A stretch of 64,000 nt of DNA from Candidatus Woesearchaeota archaeon (GCA_030670545.1 DAOVBM010000003.1:1765-65764), one strand, 5' to 3'; positions 41,515-52,171 are shown, counted from the stretch's first letter. Notes: generated from the sequence alone by a model not told the origin. Made by a program: numbers and translations.

Positions 41515-42618
41515 ATGAGAATAGAAAAAATTAAAAAGGAAAAAATAAATAATAAAAAATTAGTAAAATATTTAACAAGAGATTACAAATTAAGAGATAG
41601 GTCAATAACCATTTTTGCATTACTTCACTCAAGATTCTTAAAAGAGATTTATTATACAGAAGCCTTAGATGTAATGACTGATGGACTTATAACAGTTTAT
41701 GTATCACCAAACGACACAGAAAGAATTAATGTCGATTTAGCTAAAGCAATTAAAAAAGATCCAGATTATATCTCAATAGCATTAAAAGAAGGTATTAGAA
41801 CTTTAAATCTTGTTAAGGAAACCACAGAGAAAAAAATAAAATGGAATATTGATAAAAAGGAAGCATTGACATTGATTAATGAAGCTGAAGATAATTGGAA
41901 TCAATTTGGAAGCTTTCTTGAATTCACTCATGCTTTAGGAAGAATAAATACAAAATTATCTAGATCACAACTAAACACCTTAGGGAAGTTTCATAATGAA
42001 AGAAAAAAAGTATTTCTAAAATTCTTTGTATATTTGGAAAATATTTGCTTATCCATAACAAAAGAATATCCTGAAATCAAACAAGAAGATCTTGCTTACC
42101 TAACTGTTAATGAAATTAAAAAGTATTTTTTGGGTGAATTGGAAACTTCCAAGATAAATAATTTACAAAATATTAGAAAGAAAGGTTATCTATATTATGT
42201 TTCTTCAAAAGGCGCAGAAGAATTGATTACTGATTTTAATAGTATGCGTGCAAAAGAATTACTTTTAAGAATAGAGGATGAAAAAACCCCGGAATTAAAT
42301 GGAACAAGCGTTTCAAAGGGTGTTGTAAAAGGAGAGGTAAAACTTATTTCAATAGATACAAAATTAGGCAAGGAGAATATTTCCCAAAAAATAATTGTTA
42401 CCACAATGACTACTCCTATTATGGATACCTTTTTGAAAAAAGTTGGAGGAATAATAACAGAAGAAGGAGGTATCTTATGTCACGCTGCAATTTTTGCAAG
42501 AGAAACAAATATTCCAACAATTACTCTAATCAAAAAGGTTACCAATATTTTAAAAGACGGAGATTTAGTTGAGGTTGATGCAAATAATGGAGTTGTTAAA
42601 ATTCTTAAAAAGGGTTAA
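41515..42618 (+). CDS. PEP-utilizing-enzyme mobile (phosphohistidine swivel) domain protein lacking the ATP-grasp domain
   Basis: C-terminal GGILCHAAIFARETNIPTI...DGDLVEVDANNGVVKILKK is the PEP-utilizer swivel domain. The last ~57 nt are nearly identical to 46828-46885 inside the giant ORF. Confidence 0.65.
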   Translation: MRIEKIKKEKINNKKLVKYLTRDYKLRDRSITIFALLHSRFLKEIYYTEALDVMTDGLITVYVSPNDTERINVDLAKAIKKDPDYISIALKEGIRTLNLVKETTEKKIKWNIDKKEALTLINEAEDNWNQFGSFLEFTHALGRINTKLSRSQLNTLGKFHNERKKVFLKFFVYLENICLSITKEYPEIKQEDLAYLTVNEIKKYFLGELETSKINNLQNIRKKGYLYYVSSKGAEELITDFNSMRAKELLLRIEDEKTPELNGTSVSKGVVKGEVKLISIDTKLGKENISQKIIVTTMTTPIMDTFLKKVGGIITEEGGILCHAAIFARETNIPTITLIKKVTNILKDGDLVEVDANNGVVKILKKG

Positions 42619-42825
42619 TCTTTAATAATAAATCTCTCTAACTTATCCTAAATATTTAAGTTCTCCGAAGACCAAATGGAGGAGAGTGCAGCGTGACCAG
42701 GGGATCAACGAGAGCGAAAGAGTAAAATTTCTATCTATAATAAATTCTGCGTAGCAGGTTAGAATAGAGTTAGGGCATATCAATAGAGTGCAAAGAACAA
42801 TACAGATAAAGAAAAAAGGGCAAGT

Positions 42826-42992
42826 ATCTATTTACACGAAAAAAAGCAGAAAGCCTTGCCCTTTAGAGCGAGGATGAATGCTATTGCATTTTTGCTTGCT
42901 GCTTTTTTTGTGTCCTAGAAATCCGTCTCAAAAATCCGGAGCAAGCCCAGTCCTTTAGGGCTGGGTAAGTCGGATTTTAGGATTTCTATGAC
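42826..42992 (-). repeat. second repeat family RE-B, solo copy (inverted relative to the copy nested in RE-A copy 6)
   Basis: About 90% identical to the reverse complement of 56157-56330. Internal hairpins gccttgcccttta / agggcaagg and cccagtcctttagggctggg; internal IR tagaaatcc..ggatttcta. Confidence 0.65.
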
Positions 42993-44361
42993 TTTCAGAG
43001 ATTACTTTAATTTGAGTCAATTCACGAAAACCTACAACTCCGTGTTCTCTTCCCATTCCTGATCTCTTATACCCACCAAATGGATTGCAGGAGAGCCAGT
43101 GAGTCGCATTGTTAATTTCAACAGTTCCAGATTCTATTCGGGAAGCAACTCTTTTTGCTCTATTTTTATCTTTAGTAAAAACAATTGAACCTAAACCATA
43201 GATTGTGTCATTTGCGAGATTCACTGCTTCTTCTTCAGTTTCAAAAGAAACAACAGAAAGGACAGGTCCAAATACTTCTTCTTTCCAAACTCGCATTTTT
43301 TTATTGATGTTGGTTAATAGAGTTGGAAGATAGTAAGCACCCTGTACGTCATCTGGGGAATATCCACCAATTACAACTTTCGCACCATTGTCTACTGCAT
43401 CTTTAACTTGACTTTCTAGTAGAGTTAATTGTCTTTTTGCCACCAAACTTCCAATGTTAGTTTCTGGGTCTTCGGGGTCACCTATTTTCTTAGATTCAAT
43501 TTCTTTCTTCAATCTCTGCACAACCTCGTCAAAAATTGATTTATGGACAATTAATCGTTTAAGGGCATCACAAGTTTGTCCGCAAGTCTTGAATCGCTTT
43601 GCATATATTTTGTTTACAAATTCTTCAATCTCTGCATCTTCAAACAAAATGCCTGGATTGGATCCACCAAGTTCAAGAATTGCTTTAATGAATTTCTCCC
43701 CTGCTAATTTATACAATTTTTGACCAACTTTTGTGCTTCCTGTAAACCAAATTAGATTAATGTTATCATTAACTAATTTCCATCCAATTTCTCCATCCCC
43801 ATATACCTCAGAAAACACCCCCTCGGGAAGTTCGTGGCCTAGCATAATTTTTTCTATTAATTTTCCCATCACAGGGCATTCGTCAGATATTTTGAAAACC
43901 ACAGTGTTACCTGCAAGAAGATTTGGAATAACCCCCCAGACAAACATACCAAATGGGTGATTCCATGGTGTAATAACTGCTGCTACACCAAGTGGTTCAT
44001 ACACAATTTTGTGAATTGACTCTTTATCTTCATGGGTGATTTCGTCAGAAAGTGCAGACTCAACATTTTCTAAGAACCATTTTATTTTTTCAATGTGTCC
44101 ACTTACCACTGATTTACTTTCTGTAATCGCTCTTCCTGTTTCTTTTGTAGTTAGTAAGACCATCTCATCTTTTCTTGCTTTAAAGTCCTCATAAATTGGT
44201 CTTAAAAGTTCAACTCTTTTCTTAACACCTAATTCTTTCCAAGCGAGCTTTGCTTTGTGTGCAGCTTGTACTTTCTCTTGTAATTCTATGTCAGAAGATA
44301 CATCTAATTCTCCAATTATTTCATAGTTTTTACCGGGGTTAGTTGAGGTGATTTTCGTCAT
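42955..44361 (-). CDS. NAD(P)-dependent aldehyde dehydrogenase
   Basis: ALDH motifs (FTGSTKVG, ELGGSNP, GQTC catalytic Cys region, EEVFGPV). The last ~12 codons lie inside repeat RE-B. Confidence 0.85.
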   Translation of the reverse strand: MTKITSTNPGKNYEIIGELDVSSDIELQEKVQAAHKAKLAWKELGVKKRVELLRPIYEDFKARKDEMVLLTTKETGRAITESKSVVSGHIEKIKWFLENVESALSDEITHEDKESIHKIVYEPLGVAAVITPWNHPFGMFVWGVIPNLLAGNTVVFKISDECPVMGKLIEKIMLGHELPEGVFSEVYGDGEIGWKLVNDNINLIWFTGSTKVGQKLYKLAGEKFIKAILELGGSNPGILFEDAEIEEFVNKIYAKRFKTCGQTCDALKRLIVHKSIFDEVVQRLKKEIESKKIGDPEDPETNIGSLVAKRQLTLLESQVKDAVDNGAKVVIGGYSPDDVQGAYYLPTLLTNINKKMRVWKEEVFGPVLSVVSFETEEEAVNLANDTIYGLGSIVFTKDKNRAKRVASRIESGTVEINNATHWLSCNPFGGYKRSGMGREHGVVGFRELTQIKVISESHRNPKIRLTQP

Positions 44362-44544
44362 ATATTATTTAAATTAGGTGTACTTAATAAAGATTTCTTT
44401 TAAGACGTGTAGTTAGACAGCACTTGTCCCATTTGCCCTATTGCCCCTACCCTTTTTAACAAATAGAAATTTTATTGAACTTAACACTTATTATAGACTT
44501 AAAAAGAAAACTTTATTAAACATCAATTATTTATTCTAATTAAT

Positions 44545-47500
44545 ATGAATTTAATAAAAGATTTCAGAGAAATCTCAAAATCAGATACTATTATCGCTGG
44601 AGGAAAAGGAGCATCTCTTGGAGAGATGACACAGGCAGGAATTCCTGTTCCGCCTGGTTTTGTGGTTCTTTCTGCTGCTTTTGACAGATTCATAGAAGAA
44701 ACAGATTTGAATGTAGAGATTGATGCAGCTTTAGATGAAGTTAATATCAAAGAAGTGCATACTCTTGAAAATGCTTCTGAAAAAATTCAGGCAATGATTA
44801 TATCAAAAGAAACGCCTGATGATATTAAAGAAGACGTTTTGAAATATTTTAAAGCACTTGATTCTAAATTTGTTGCAGTTCGTTCTTCTGCAACTTCAGA
44901 GGATTCTGCTTCTGCTGCATGGGCAGGACAATTAGATAGCTTTCTTAATACAACAAAAGAAACTCTCTTAGAAAATGTTAAAAAATGCTGGGCTTCGTTA
45001 TTTACTCCACGAGCTATATTTTATAGGTTTGAAAAGAAATTAGAAAAAGACAAAATTTCTGTTGCTGTTGTTGTTCAAAAGATGATTCAAAGCGAAGAAT
45101 CAGGAATCGCTTTTTCTGTTCACCCAGTTACACAAGATGAAAACCAAATAATTATTGAAGCAGGTTTTGGTTTAGGAGAAGCTATTGTTTCAGGCTCAAT
45201 TACCCCAGACAGTTATGTTATAGATAAACAAGGATTTAATATTTTAGATATAAATGTGAATGAGCAGAGTAAAGCATTATTCAAACAAAGCAATGGTGGA
45301 AACGAGTGGAAAGAGTTAGGAGAAAAAGGAAAGAAACAGGTTTTATCTGAAAAAGAGATTACTGAATTATCTAAACTTATTGTAAAAATCGAGAATCATT
45401 ATGGCTTCCCATGCGATATAGAATGGGCAAAAGAGAAAGGTAAATTCTATATTGTACAGAGCAGGCCTATTACTACGTTAAACAAAACGAAAAAGGAATC
45501 CAATACAATTAAATTGGTTTTAGGTAATCAAGATATTGATACTTCCATGCTTACATTAGAAATGACCTGGAGAGGCATGAATGATAAAAAGATTAAGTCC
45601 CAAGTTGGATTTAAAACTCCTCTTTTTTCTTGCGAAATTATCAATGGAAGAACAATAAATGGTTATATTAATCCAAAAGAATTTAAAACATTTGTAGGAA
45701 GATGTGTAAAAAGGATATTAGTAGACAAGAACTTATTAAAACATTTGAAGCAAAAATCAGAAGAGTTTGCCTCTAAAGTACAAAATATCGCTCTTGAAAA
45801 TATAAGTAAAATAGATGAGATGAATAATGATTCTTTTGCTAATCTGTTAGAAAAAATGCAGCAATATCAAAAAGAATTATCTTCATATGGAACAGTGGTT
45901 GCTTTTGTAGATGTTTTTGGAGAATTTTCCAACAAAACATCTGAAATTATTAACTCTCGTAAAAATTTAAAATATCCATCCCACATATATACTCAAGTTT
46001 TATGTAACCCTGAAATAAGAAGCCTGACAGAGCAGGCTTATAGTGATATTAAAACATCAAAAGGATCAGAAGAAAAATTGATTGAAAAATATTTTTGGTT
46101 AGATCAAGGATATATTGGAAGAGGAATTAGTAAAAAAGAAATTAAGGATATAAAAAAATGGCAACTAAAAGAGGAAATATTGCCTAAAAAAGAAATATTG
46201 TTGAAAGAGTTATCTTTAACAGAAAAGGAAAAAGATATTTTGAATATTTCTAAACAACTAATTTACATTAAATCATTAAGAGCTGATTCAAGACAATTTA
46301 TTCATGTTGTAGTAAATAGAATAATAGATAAATTATCAAAAGAATGGAATGAACCAGTTCTAAATTTAGAGTCTCTTACAGCTGATGAAGTAATAGGAAT
46401 TCTAAAACAAAAAATGCAAATCCCATTGGAATTAAACTCCAGAGTTGAACATAGTATTTTTACAATTGAAAAAGAGGGCTATAAAATACTTAAAGGAAAA
46501 GAAGCAAATGTTTTTATTGAAGAAAATATTTTAAAAGAAGAACTAAAAGATGTTAAGGAGATCACTGGTCAAGTTGCAAATCCTGGGAAAGTAAAAGGAA
46601 AGGTGAAGTTGATTTTTGGTCCTCAACATAGTAATAAAGTGCAGGAAGGAGATATACTAGTATCAACTGTGACTAGCCCACAATTATTACCTGCGATGAA
46701 AAAATCGGCAGCCTTTGTAACTGACTTAGGCGGAATTACTTCTCATGCAGCAATAGTTTCCAGAGAATTAAATAAGCCCTGTATTGTTGGCACTGAAATA
46801 GCAACTCAAATCTTAAGCGACGGAGATTTAGTTGAGGTTGATGCAAATAACGGAGTTGTTAAAATTCTTAAAAAAGCTAATGGCTCCCCTTGTGATATAG
46901 AATTGGCAAAAGAGGAAGGTAAATCTAAAATTAGTAATCTTAAAAACAATTTTTATATACTACACACTTCTGTATCTGGATTTAGTTTGTTATTATTTGA
47001 TCTTATGCTTAATATTAAAACTTACGGTGCAGTTGATTATAGGGTTTTATGTGAAAATGATATATCTTTAATGTATTTAACAAAAAAAGGAATGAAACAA
47101 GCATACCAATTAAGTAAAAAATTACTCAATAACAATTTGTTTACAAAAATATTTAATGATTCCAAAAAACTAAATGATAATTTAAAAGCATATAAACCCT
47201 CGAATCTAAATGGGAAAAATATAATTGAGGAATGGGAAAAATATGTAAAACTAGTTAATGAATTTTGTCGATTATATAGGTTTTATGAACAACCATTTCA
47301 ACAAGCATTAGAAGAAAATGTTTTAAGCTATATTCCAGAACAGAAATTAATGGAATATCTATCTAATTCTAATAAAAAACAAACAAAAAACATTAACATC
47401 AGTAGTGAGGGAAAAGTTGCTCTTGATAGGTTAATAAAACTTGGAAATATGAAATTAGAATTACATAAAAATGCGGCGAGATTAGTCACAATAGATTTGA

Positions 47501-50500
47501 TGAAGTTTGTGAAGTTTGTCGCTCAGAAAAATAGTATTTCCATACAAGTTGCACAGTCTTTAAGAAATAACGAATTTATGGATGCAATGACTGGAAAACC
47601 TGCTAATATTAGATTAGCAAAAGAACGTTTAAATGGTTGTGCATTAGTAAAAAGAAATAATAGTTGGTATTTTGATTCAGGAGACAAATATTTATATTGG
47701 AAAAATAAGATACAGAAAACTCAAAGTAAAAAAATAATTGGCAATATTGCATTTCCTGGAAAGGTAAGAGGGAAGGTTGTACTACACCTATCATGGACAG
47801 ATACTACAAAACTTAGTAAAGGCGATATTTTAGTAACCGGGATGACAAACCCTCAAATGATTCCCTTTATTAAAAATGCAGGGGCAATAATTACTGACGA
47901 AGGAGGGATCACTTGTCATGCTGCAATAATTTCTCGTGAGATGAGAAAGCCTTGTATTACAGGAACAAAAAATGCAACGCAATTATTGAAAGATGGAGAT
48001 TTAGTTGAGGTTGATGCTAATAAGGGAACTGTTACAATTCTTAAAAAAGCTAATGGCTTCACCAGTGATATAGAATTGGCAAAAGAGAAAGGTAAATCTT
48101 CTATTGTGCAGAGCAGACCGAGAACTACCATGGATAAAATATCTAAAGACCAAAGAATCTTTAAGATAGAGAAAAACAGCAATTATTTTCCTGTAGTATC
48201 TAGAAAACTCTCTTTACTTCACAAAAGTATTGGTGTTTTAGGGATTACTGATAGCAACATATATCAAAGAATTTTTGGTTTTCCTACAAGATATAAACCA
48301 TTTTATGATAGCCAACAAGGACTTTATTTTAACCGAAAATCAGTAGAATATGAAAAAAAAGAGATTTTAAAAAAGATATCAAAAGATCCAAAATATTTAG
48401 AAAAGATTTCTAAAAAATGTGAATGTGATGGAGATAAACTTTTAGATTTTAGTAAACAAATAAAAAAAACAGATTTTTCCAAAAAAACAGATGCACAGAT
48501 AAAAAATATTACTCAAAAAATTTTCAAATCTTATATTGAGTATACAGCATATATAATGCCTATTCTTTCAGTTCAGGAATATTTGGAGAAAAACATTAGA
48601 AAAAATATTGAAAAGACCATAAAAAATAAAAAACAGATAGAGAAATATTTGCATATTTTAACTGTGCCAATTAAGAATAATTTTGGTTATTTTGAACAGA
48701 TTGAAATCTTAAAATTAGCAAATTTTTATAAAAATAATAAAAACAAGATTATTCCTGCTTTAAAAAGAAAGATTGATAGATATCTTTTTGAGTTTAGTTC
48801 TATTGGCGTGAAATATGGAATCGGGAAATTATGGACTGAAAAAAGCGTAATAGAAAGGATAATTTATTTATCCAAAAAATATCCAGATAAAAAATTAAAA
48901 CATTTGCAAGATTTTCCAAAACTCCAGCAAGAAAAAATTGATTATGTTTTAAAAGAACTAAAGGCAAACAAAAATTTTAGAAAATTTGTTAAAATAGCAA
49001 GAATTTATATTTATTTAAGAACATATAGGACTGATATTATAAGCAATGCACTTGCCAATATGTTTCCTTTATTTGGAGAGATTGCCAAGAGAAATAATGC
49101 TGAATTAGAGGATATATTAAAGTGTTTGTCTAAAGAGATTATTAGTTTTGATATCCCTGATAGAGAATTCTTAAATATGAGGAATAAAACAATTTTAATA
49201 AGGAGCATTAATGGCAGGATGTATTATATATACGGAAAGGAAGCAGAAGAATTAACTAATAATCTTAAAAAGTCTGTTGGATTATATAATGAAAAAGATC
49301 AAGTAAACAAAAAGATAAACAGTTTAATAAAAGGTAGTGCGGCTAATATAGGTAAGGTAAAGGGAGAAGTAAAAATAGTTTTAGATAATAGTCAACTGGA
49401 TAATGTTTTTGATGGTGATATCCTAGTTGCTTCAATGACTACTCCTGATTTCGTTCCTGCAATGGAAAAGGCATCAGCATTTATTACAGATGAAGGTGGG
49501 ATATTATGTCATGCAGCGATTGTATCAAGAGAAATGAATAAACCATGCATAATCGGAACCAAAGTTGCCACTAAAGTTTTAAAAGATGGAGATTTAGTAG
49601 AAGTCGATGCAGATAAAGGAACTGTTACAATTCTTAAAAAAGCTAATGGTTCCCCTTGTGATATAGAATTGGCAAAAGAGAAAGGTAAATCCTCTATTGT
49701 GCAGAGCAGGCCGAGAAGTACCTTAAAAAATAAAGATTTAAAGAATAAAGATCAGGAAATATTTCAAATAATACGTGATAGGGAAATTATGTTGGCGCCA
49801 GTATATTGGGTACCAATGTCTATTACTTCGTTAGGAGCTAAGAGAATATATGGGATTATTAATAAAAACACATATCAAATATACAAAAATGGAAGAATGA
49901 AGGCTGTTTTTATAAAAAATGAAGTTGATCAAATTAGGGAGTGCATAGTAAGCAAAATATTAGATGATAATAATTATTTTAATAGAATTAGAAAGCAAAT
50001 TGAAAATAGAGAAAATAAGCTAAATAATTATTTTAAATATTTTAAGTCTATCAATCTATCTGATTTAAGTCTCCATAAAATTATAGGCTTAATCAGAAGA
50101 ATGGAAAAAGTCTACATTGATTATGAAGATTCTAACATATCAGCATGGTTTATTGCAGCAGATAAATTCCAGGCAGAATTAGAAAAAGAATTAAATATTT
50201 CTGAGAAAGATTTTCTTTTACTTCTTACTCCTAAGACTAAAACTGCTGTAAATCAATTAGAATTTGATTTAAATAAATATTTTAAACAAATAAAAACAAA
50301 CAAATTGGAACTTAAAACTGCTGCTCGTAAATTATCAGAAGATTTTGGCTGGTTGCCTTTTGGTTTTGATGGTCCAGAATACTGGGATGCAAAGTATTTT
50401 GAGAATAAACTTGAAGCTATGTTCAGAGCTAATGAAAAAAAGATACTTTCCAAATTTAATACAATGCAAAAAGAAGAAAACGAAATAGTGATTCAGCAGA

Positions 50501-51198
50501 AAGCTCTAATAATTAAATATGGACTAAATAAAAATAAACAACACCTTATTGATATTATGAATTATATAATAGTATTAACTGATAAAAGAAAAAGGCTTGT
50601 AGTTCAAACTTACTATTATTATTCTCTTATATTGAAAGAATTAGAAAAACGATATGATGTCCCATACACAAATTTAAAATATCTGTTTGCAGATGAATTA
50701 TATTTATTAGATGAACATAAACAAAAAATTTTACAATTAAGCAATAATAGAAGAAATAATGAATTTGTTGTTTTATATCAAAAAGGGAAATACACTATTC
50801 TATCCAAAAAAGCACAAAAACAATTTTTAAAAAAATTAACAAAACAATCAACCTCTTCTGTAATAAATGGGATGGTTGCTTCACAAGGTCCTAAAAAAAA
50901 ATATAAAGGCACTGTAAAAATCTTATTATCTCCAAAAGAAGTGGGAAAAATTAAAAAAGGAGATTTTTTAGTGGCTACTATGACTACTCCTGATTATATC
51001 ACTGCAATGCATCGTGCTGGAGGGTTTATAACTGATGAAGGAGGAGTTACTTGTCATGCTGCCATCACAGCAAGAGAAATGAATAAACCATGCATAATCG
51101 GAACCAAAGTTGCCACTAAAGTTTTAAAGGATGGAGATTTAGTAGAAGTTGATGCTAATAAGGGAACTGTTAAAAAAATAAATAAAACAATGAGGTGA
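44545..51198 (+). CDS. giant multi-module PEP-synthase/rifampicin-phosphotransferase-like protein: one PPDK_N ATP-grasp domain plus four iterated middle + phosphohistidine-swivel modules
   Basis: N-terminus IIAGGKGASLGEMTQAGIPVPPGF...CDIEWAKEKGKFYIVQSRPITT is the PpsA/PPDK ATP-grasp. Swivel domains GG(I/V)T(S/C)HAAI..RE..KPCI(V/I)GT at about aa 730, 1120, 1650 and 2170. Each module junction retains ANG(S/F)(P/T)(C/S)DIELAKE(E/K)GKS(S/K)I(VQSRPR), a relic of the ATP-grasp tail. 2217 aa. Confidence 0.7.
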   Translation: MNLIKDFREISKSDTIIAGGKGASLGEMTQAGIPVPPGFVVLSAAFDRFIEETDLNVEIDAALDEVNIKEVHTLENASEKIQAMIISKETPDDIKEDVLKYFKALDSKFVAVRSSATSEDSASAAWAGQLDSFLNTTKETLLENVKKCWASLFTPRAIFYRFEKKLEKDKISVAVVVQKMIQSEESGIAFSVHPVTQDENQIIIEAGFGLGEAIVSGSITPDSYVIDKQGFNILDINVNEQSKALFKQSNGGNEWKELGEKGKKQVLSEKEITELSKLIVKIENHYGFPCDIEWAKEKGKFYIVQSRPITTLNKTKKESNTIKLVLGNQDIDTSMLTLEMTWRGMNDKKIKSQVGFKTPLFSCEIINGRTINGYINPKEFKTFVGRCVKRILVDKNLLKHLKQKSEEFASKVQNIALENISKIDEMNNDSFANLLEKMQQYQKELSSYGTVVAFVDVFGEFSNKTSEIINSRKNLKYPSHIYTQVLCNPEIRSLTEQAYSDIKTSKGSEEKLIEKYFWLDQGYIGRGISKKEIKDIKKWQLKEEILPKKEILLKELSLTEKEKDILNISKQLIYIKSLRADSRQFIHVVVNRIIDKLSKEWNEPVLNLESLTADEVIGILKQKMQIPLELNSRVEHSIFTIEKEGYKILKGKEANVFIEENILKEELKDVKEITGQVANPGKVKGKVKLIFGPQHSNKVQEGDILVSTVTSPQLLPAMKKSAAFVTDLGGITSHAAIVSRELNKPCIVGTEIATQILSDGDLVEVDANNGVVKILKKANGSPCDIELAKEEGKSKISNLKNNFYILHTSVSGFSLLLFDLMLNIKTYGAVDYRVLCENDISLMYLTKKGMKQAYQLSKKLLNNNLFTKIFNDSKKLNDNLKAYKPSNLNGKNIIEEWEKYVKLVNEFCRLYRFYEQPFQQALEENVLSYIPEQKLMEYLSNSNKKQTKNINISSEGKVALDRLIKLGNMKLELHKNAARLVTIDLMKFVKFVAQKNSISIQVAQSLRNNEFMDAMTGKPANIRLAKERLNGCALVKRNNSWYFDSGDKYLYWKNKIQKTQSKKIIGNIAFPGKVRGKVVLHLSWTDTTKLSKGDILVTGMTNPQMIPFIKNAGAIITDEGGITCHAAIISREMRKPCITGTKNATQLLKDGDLVEVDANKGTVTILKKANGFTSDIELAKEKGKSSIVQSRPRTTMDKISKDQRIFKIEKNSNYFPVVSRKLSLLHKSIGVLGITDSNIYQRIFGFPTRYKPFYDSQQGLYFNRKSVEYEKKEILKKISKDPKYLEKISKKCECDGDKLLDFSKQIKKTDFSKKTDAQIKNITQKIFKSYIEYTAYIMPILSVQEYLEKNIRKNIEKTIKNKKQIEKYLHILTVPIKNNFGYFEQIEILKLANFYKNNKNKIIPALKRKIDRYLFEFSSIGVKYGIGKLWTEKSVIERIIYLSKKYPDKKLKHLQDFPKLQQEKIDYVLKELKANKNFRKFVKIARIYIYLRTYRTDIISNALANMFPLFGEIAKRNNAELEDILKCLSKEIISFDIPDREFLNMRNKTILIRSINGRMYYIYGKEAEELTNNLKKSVGLYNEKDQVNKKINSLIKGSAANIGKVKGEVKIVLDNSQLDNVFDGDILVASMTTPDFVPAMEKASAFITDEGGILCHAAIVSREMNKPCIIGTKVATKVLKDGDLVEVDADKGTVTILKKANGSPCDIELAKEKGKSSIVQSRPRSTLKNKDLKNKDQEIFQIIRDREIMLAPVYWVPMSITSLGAKRIYGIINKNTYQIYKNGRMKAVFIKNEVDQIRECIVSKILDDNNYFNRIRKQIENRENKLNNYFKYFKSINLSDLSLHKIIGLIRRMEKVYIDYEDSNISAWFIAADKFQAELEKELNISEKDFLLLLTPKTKTAVNQLEFDLNKYFKQIKTNKLELKTAARKLSEDFGWLPFGFDGPEYWDAKYFENKLEAMFRANEKKILSKFNTMQKEENEIVIQQKALIIKYGLNKNKQHLIDIMNYIIVLTDKRKRLVVQTYYYYSLILKELEKRYDVPYTNLKYLFADELYLLDEHKQKILQLSNNRRNNEFVVLYQKGKYTILSKKAQKQFLKKLTKQSTSSVINGMVASQGPKKKYKGTVKILLSPKEVGKIKKGDFLVATMTTPDYITAMHRAGGFITDEGGVTCHAAITAREMNKPCIIGTKVATKVLKDGDLVEVDANKGTVKKINKTMR

Positions 51199-52103
51199 GA
51201 AATATGTCTTTTTTTACAAATCTTGTAAACATAGAAGAACATTTTAAGAAGATAAATGAATTCATTGGAGAAACAGAATTCCCAAAAGATAAAATGAATT
51301 CAATAAAATATGAAATAAAACTTATAAATTATTATATTAAATTTATTACAAAAAAACACGAGTCAATAAATCCTGATATAGCTGCTAAGCTAATCTCAAT
51401 AAAGGATCAACTTAATAAATCACATAGGCTTTCATTATTGGAATTTAGAAAAGAATTTCTGAATATAACAAAAGAATTTGAAGCTATTTTTGATTTAACA
51501 CCAGTTTATTTAATGCGGCATCCAGAAAAACCTAAAGAAAAAACAAGGCATCTGTCTTTTGGTGGAGTAAGGCAGGCTAAAGGAGTTGCTGAATATTTAG
51601 CTGAGGAATGTTTACTTTGTCCTAAACCAGTACATGTTTATTTATTTTGCAGCGATGAAAGGAGAACTTATTTATTCGCAAATGTGATACAAAAAAAATT
51701 AGAGCAATTGACAAAGTTTTATGATAAAAAGATTAAAATAGAAAAGATTGTGCCTGATCCTGCATTATATTTTAGATTTACTAATGAAGCTATAAATGAA
51801 ACATTGGAGGAGTATAAGCAAAGTGATTTTTTAGCCTTCACTACATGGATAAAAGGAAAATATAAACTTTGTCCAAATCCAATAAAAGTGATAAAGGAGC
51901 TTGATGCCTGGGTAAAGAACTCAAAAGCAAAGAGACATAATGGAGAATGGACGATTGTTGTTGGGATATCGCATTCATTTATCATTGATGTATTGCTATC
52001 CTCAGTTACTAAAGAACATAAAAGTATTATTCCTACAGCAGGATTTGTTAAATTTAGAGGTAATCAAATGTTTTATGATAATAAATGGTATAATTTTGGT
52101 TAA
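51195..52103 (+). CDS. hypothetical protein with histidine-phosphatase (PGAM-like) C-terminal region
   Basis: YLMRHPEK (RHG-like) and VVGISHSFII (second His) spaced as in the histidine phosphatase superfamily. 4-bp overlap with the giant ORF's stop. Weak, by eye. Confidence 0.4.
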   Translation: MRNMSFFTNLVNIEEHFKKINEFIGETEFPKDKMNSIKYEIKLINYYIKFITKKHESINPDIAAKLISIKDQLNKSHRLSLLEFRKEFLNITKEFEAIFDLTPVYLMRHPEKPKEKTRHLSFGGVRQAKGVAEYLAEECLLCPKPVHVYLFCSDERRTYLFANVIQKKLEQLTKFYDKKIKIEKIVPDPALYFRFTNEAINETLEEYKQSDFLAFTTWIKGKYKLCPNPIKVIKELDAWVKNSKAKRHNGEWTIVVGISHSFIIDVLLSSVTKEHKSIIPTAGFVKFRGNQMFYDNKWYNFG

Positions 52104-52171
52104 TATTATGATTATACTGGATAGCATAAAAACCTTATTCACCAAGAGGATCAATATCTTTTCAGGGATAG

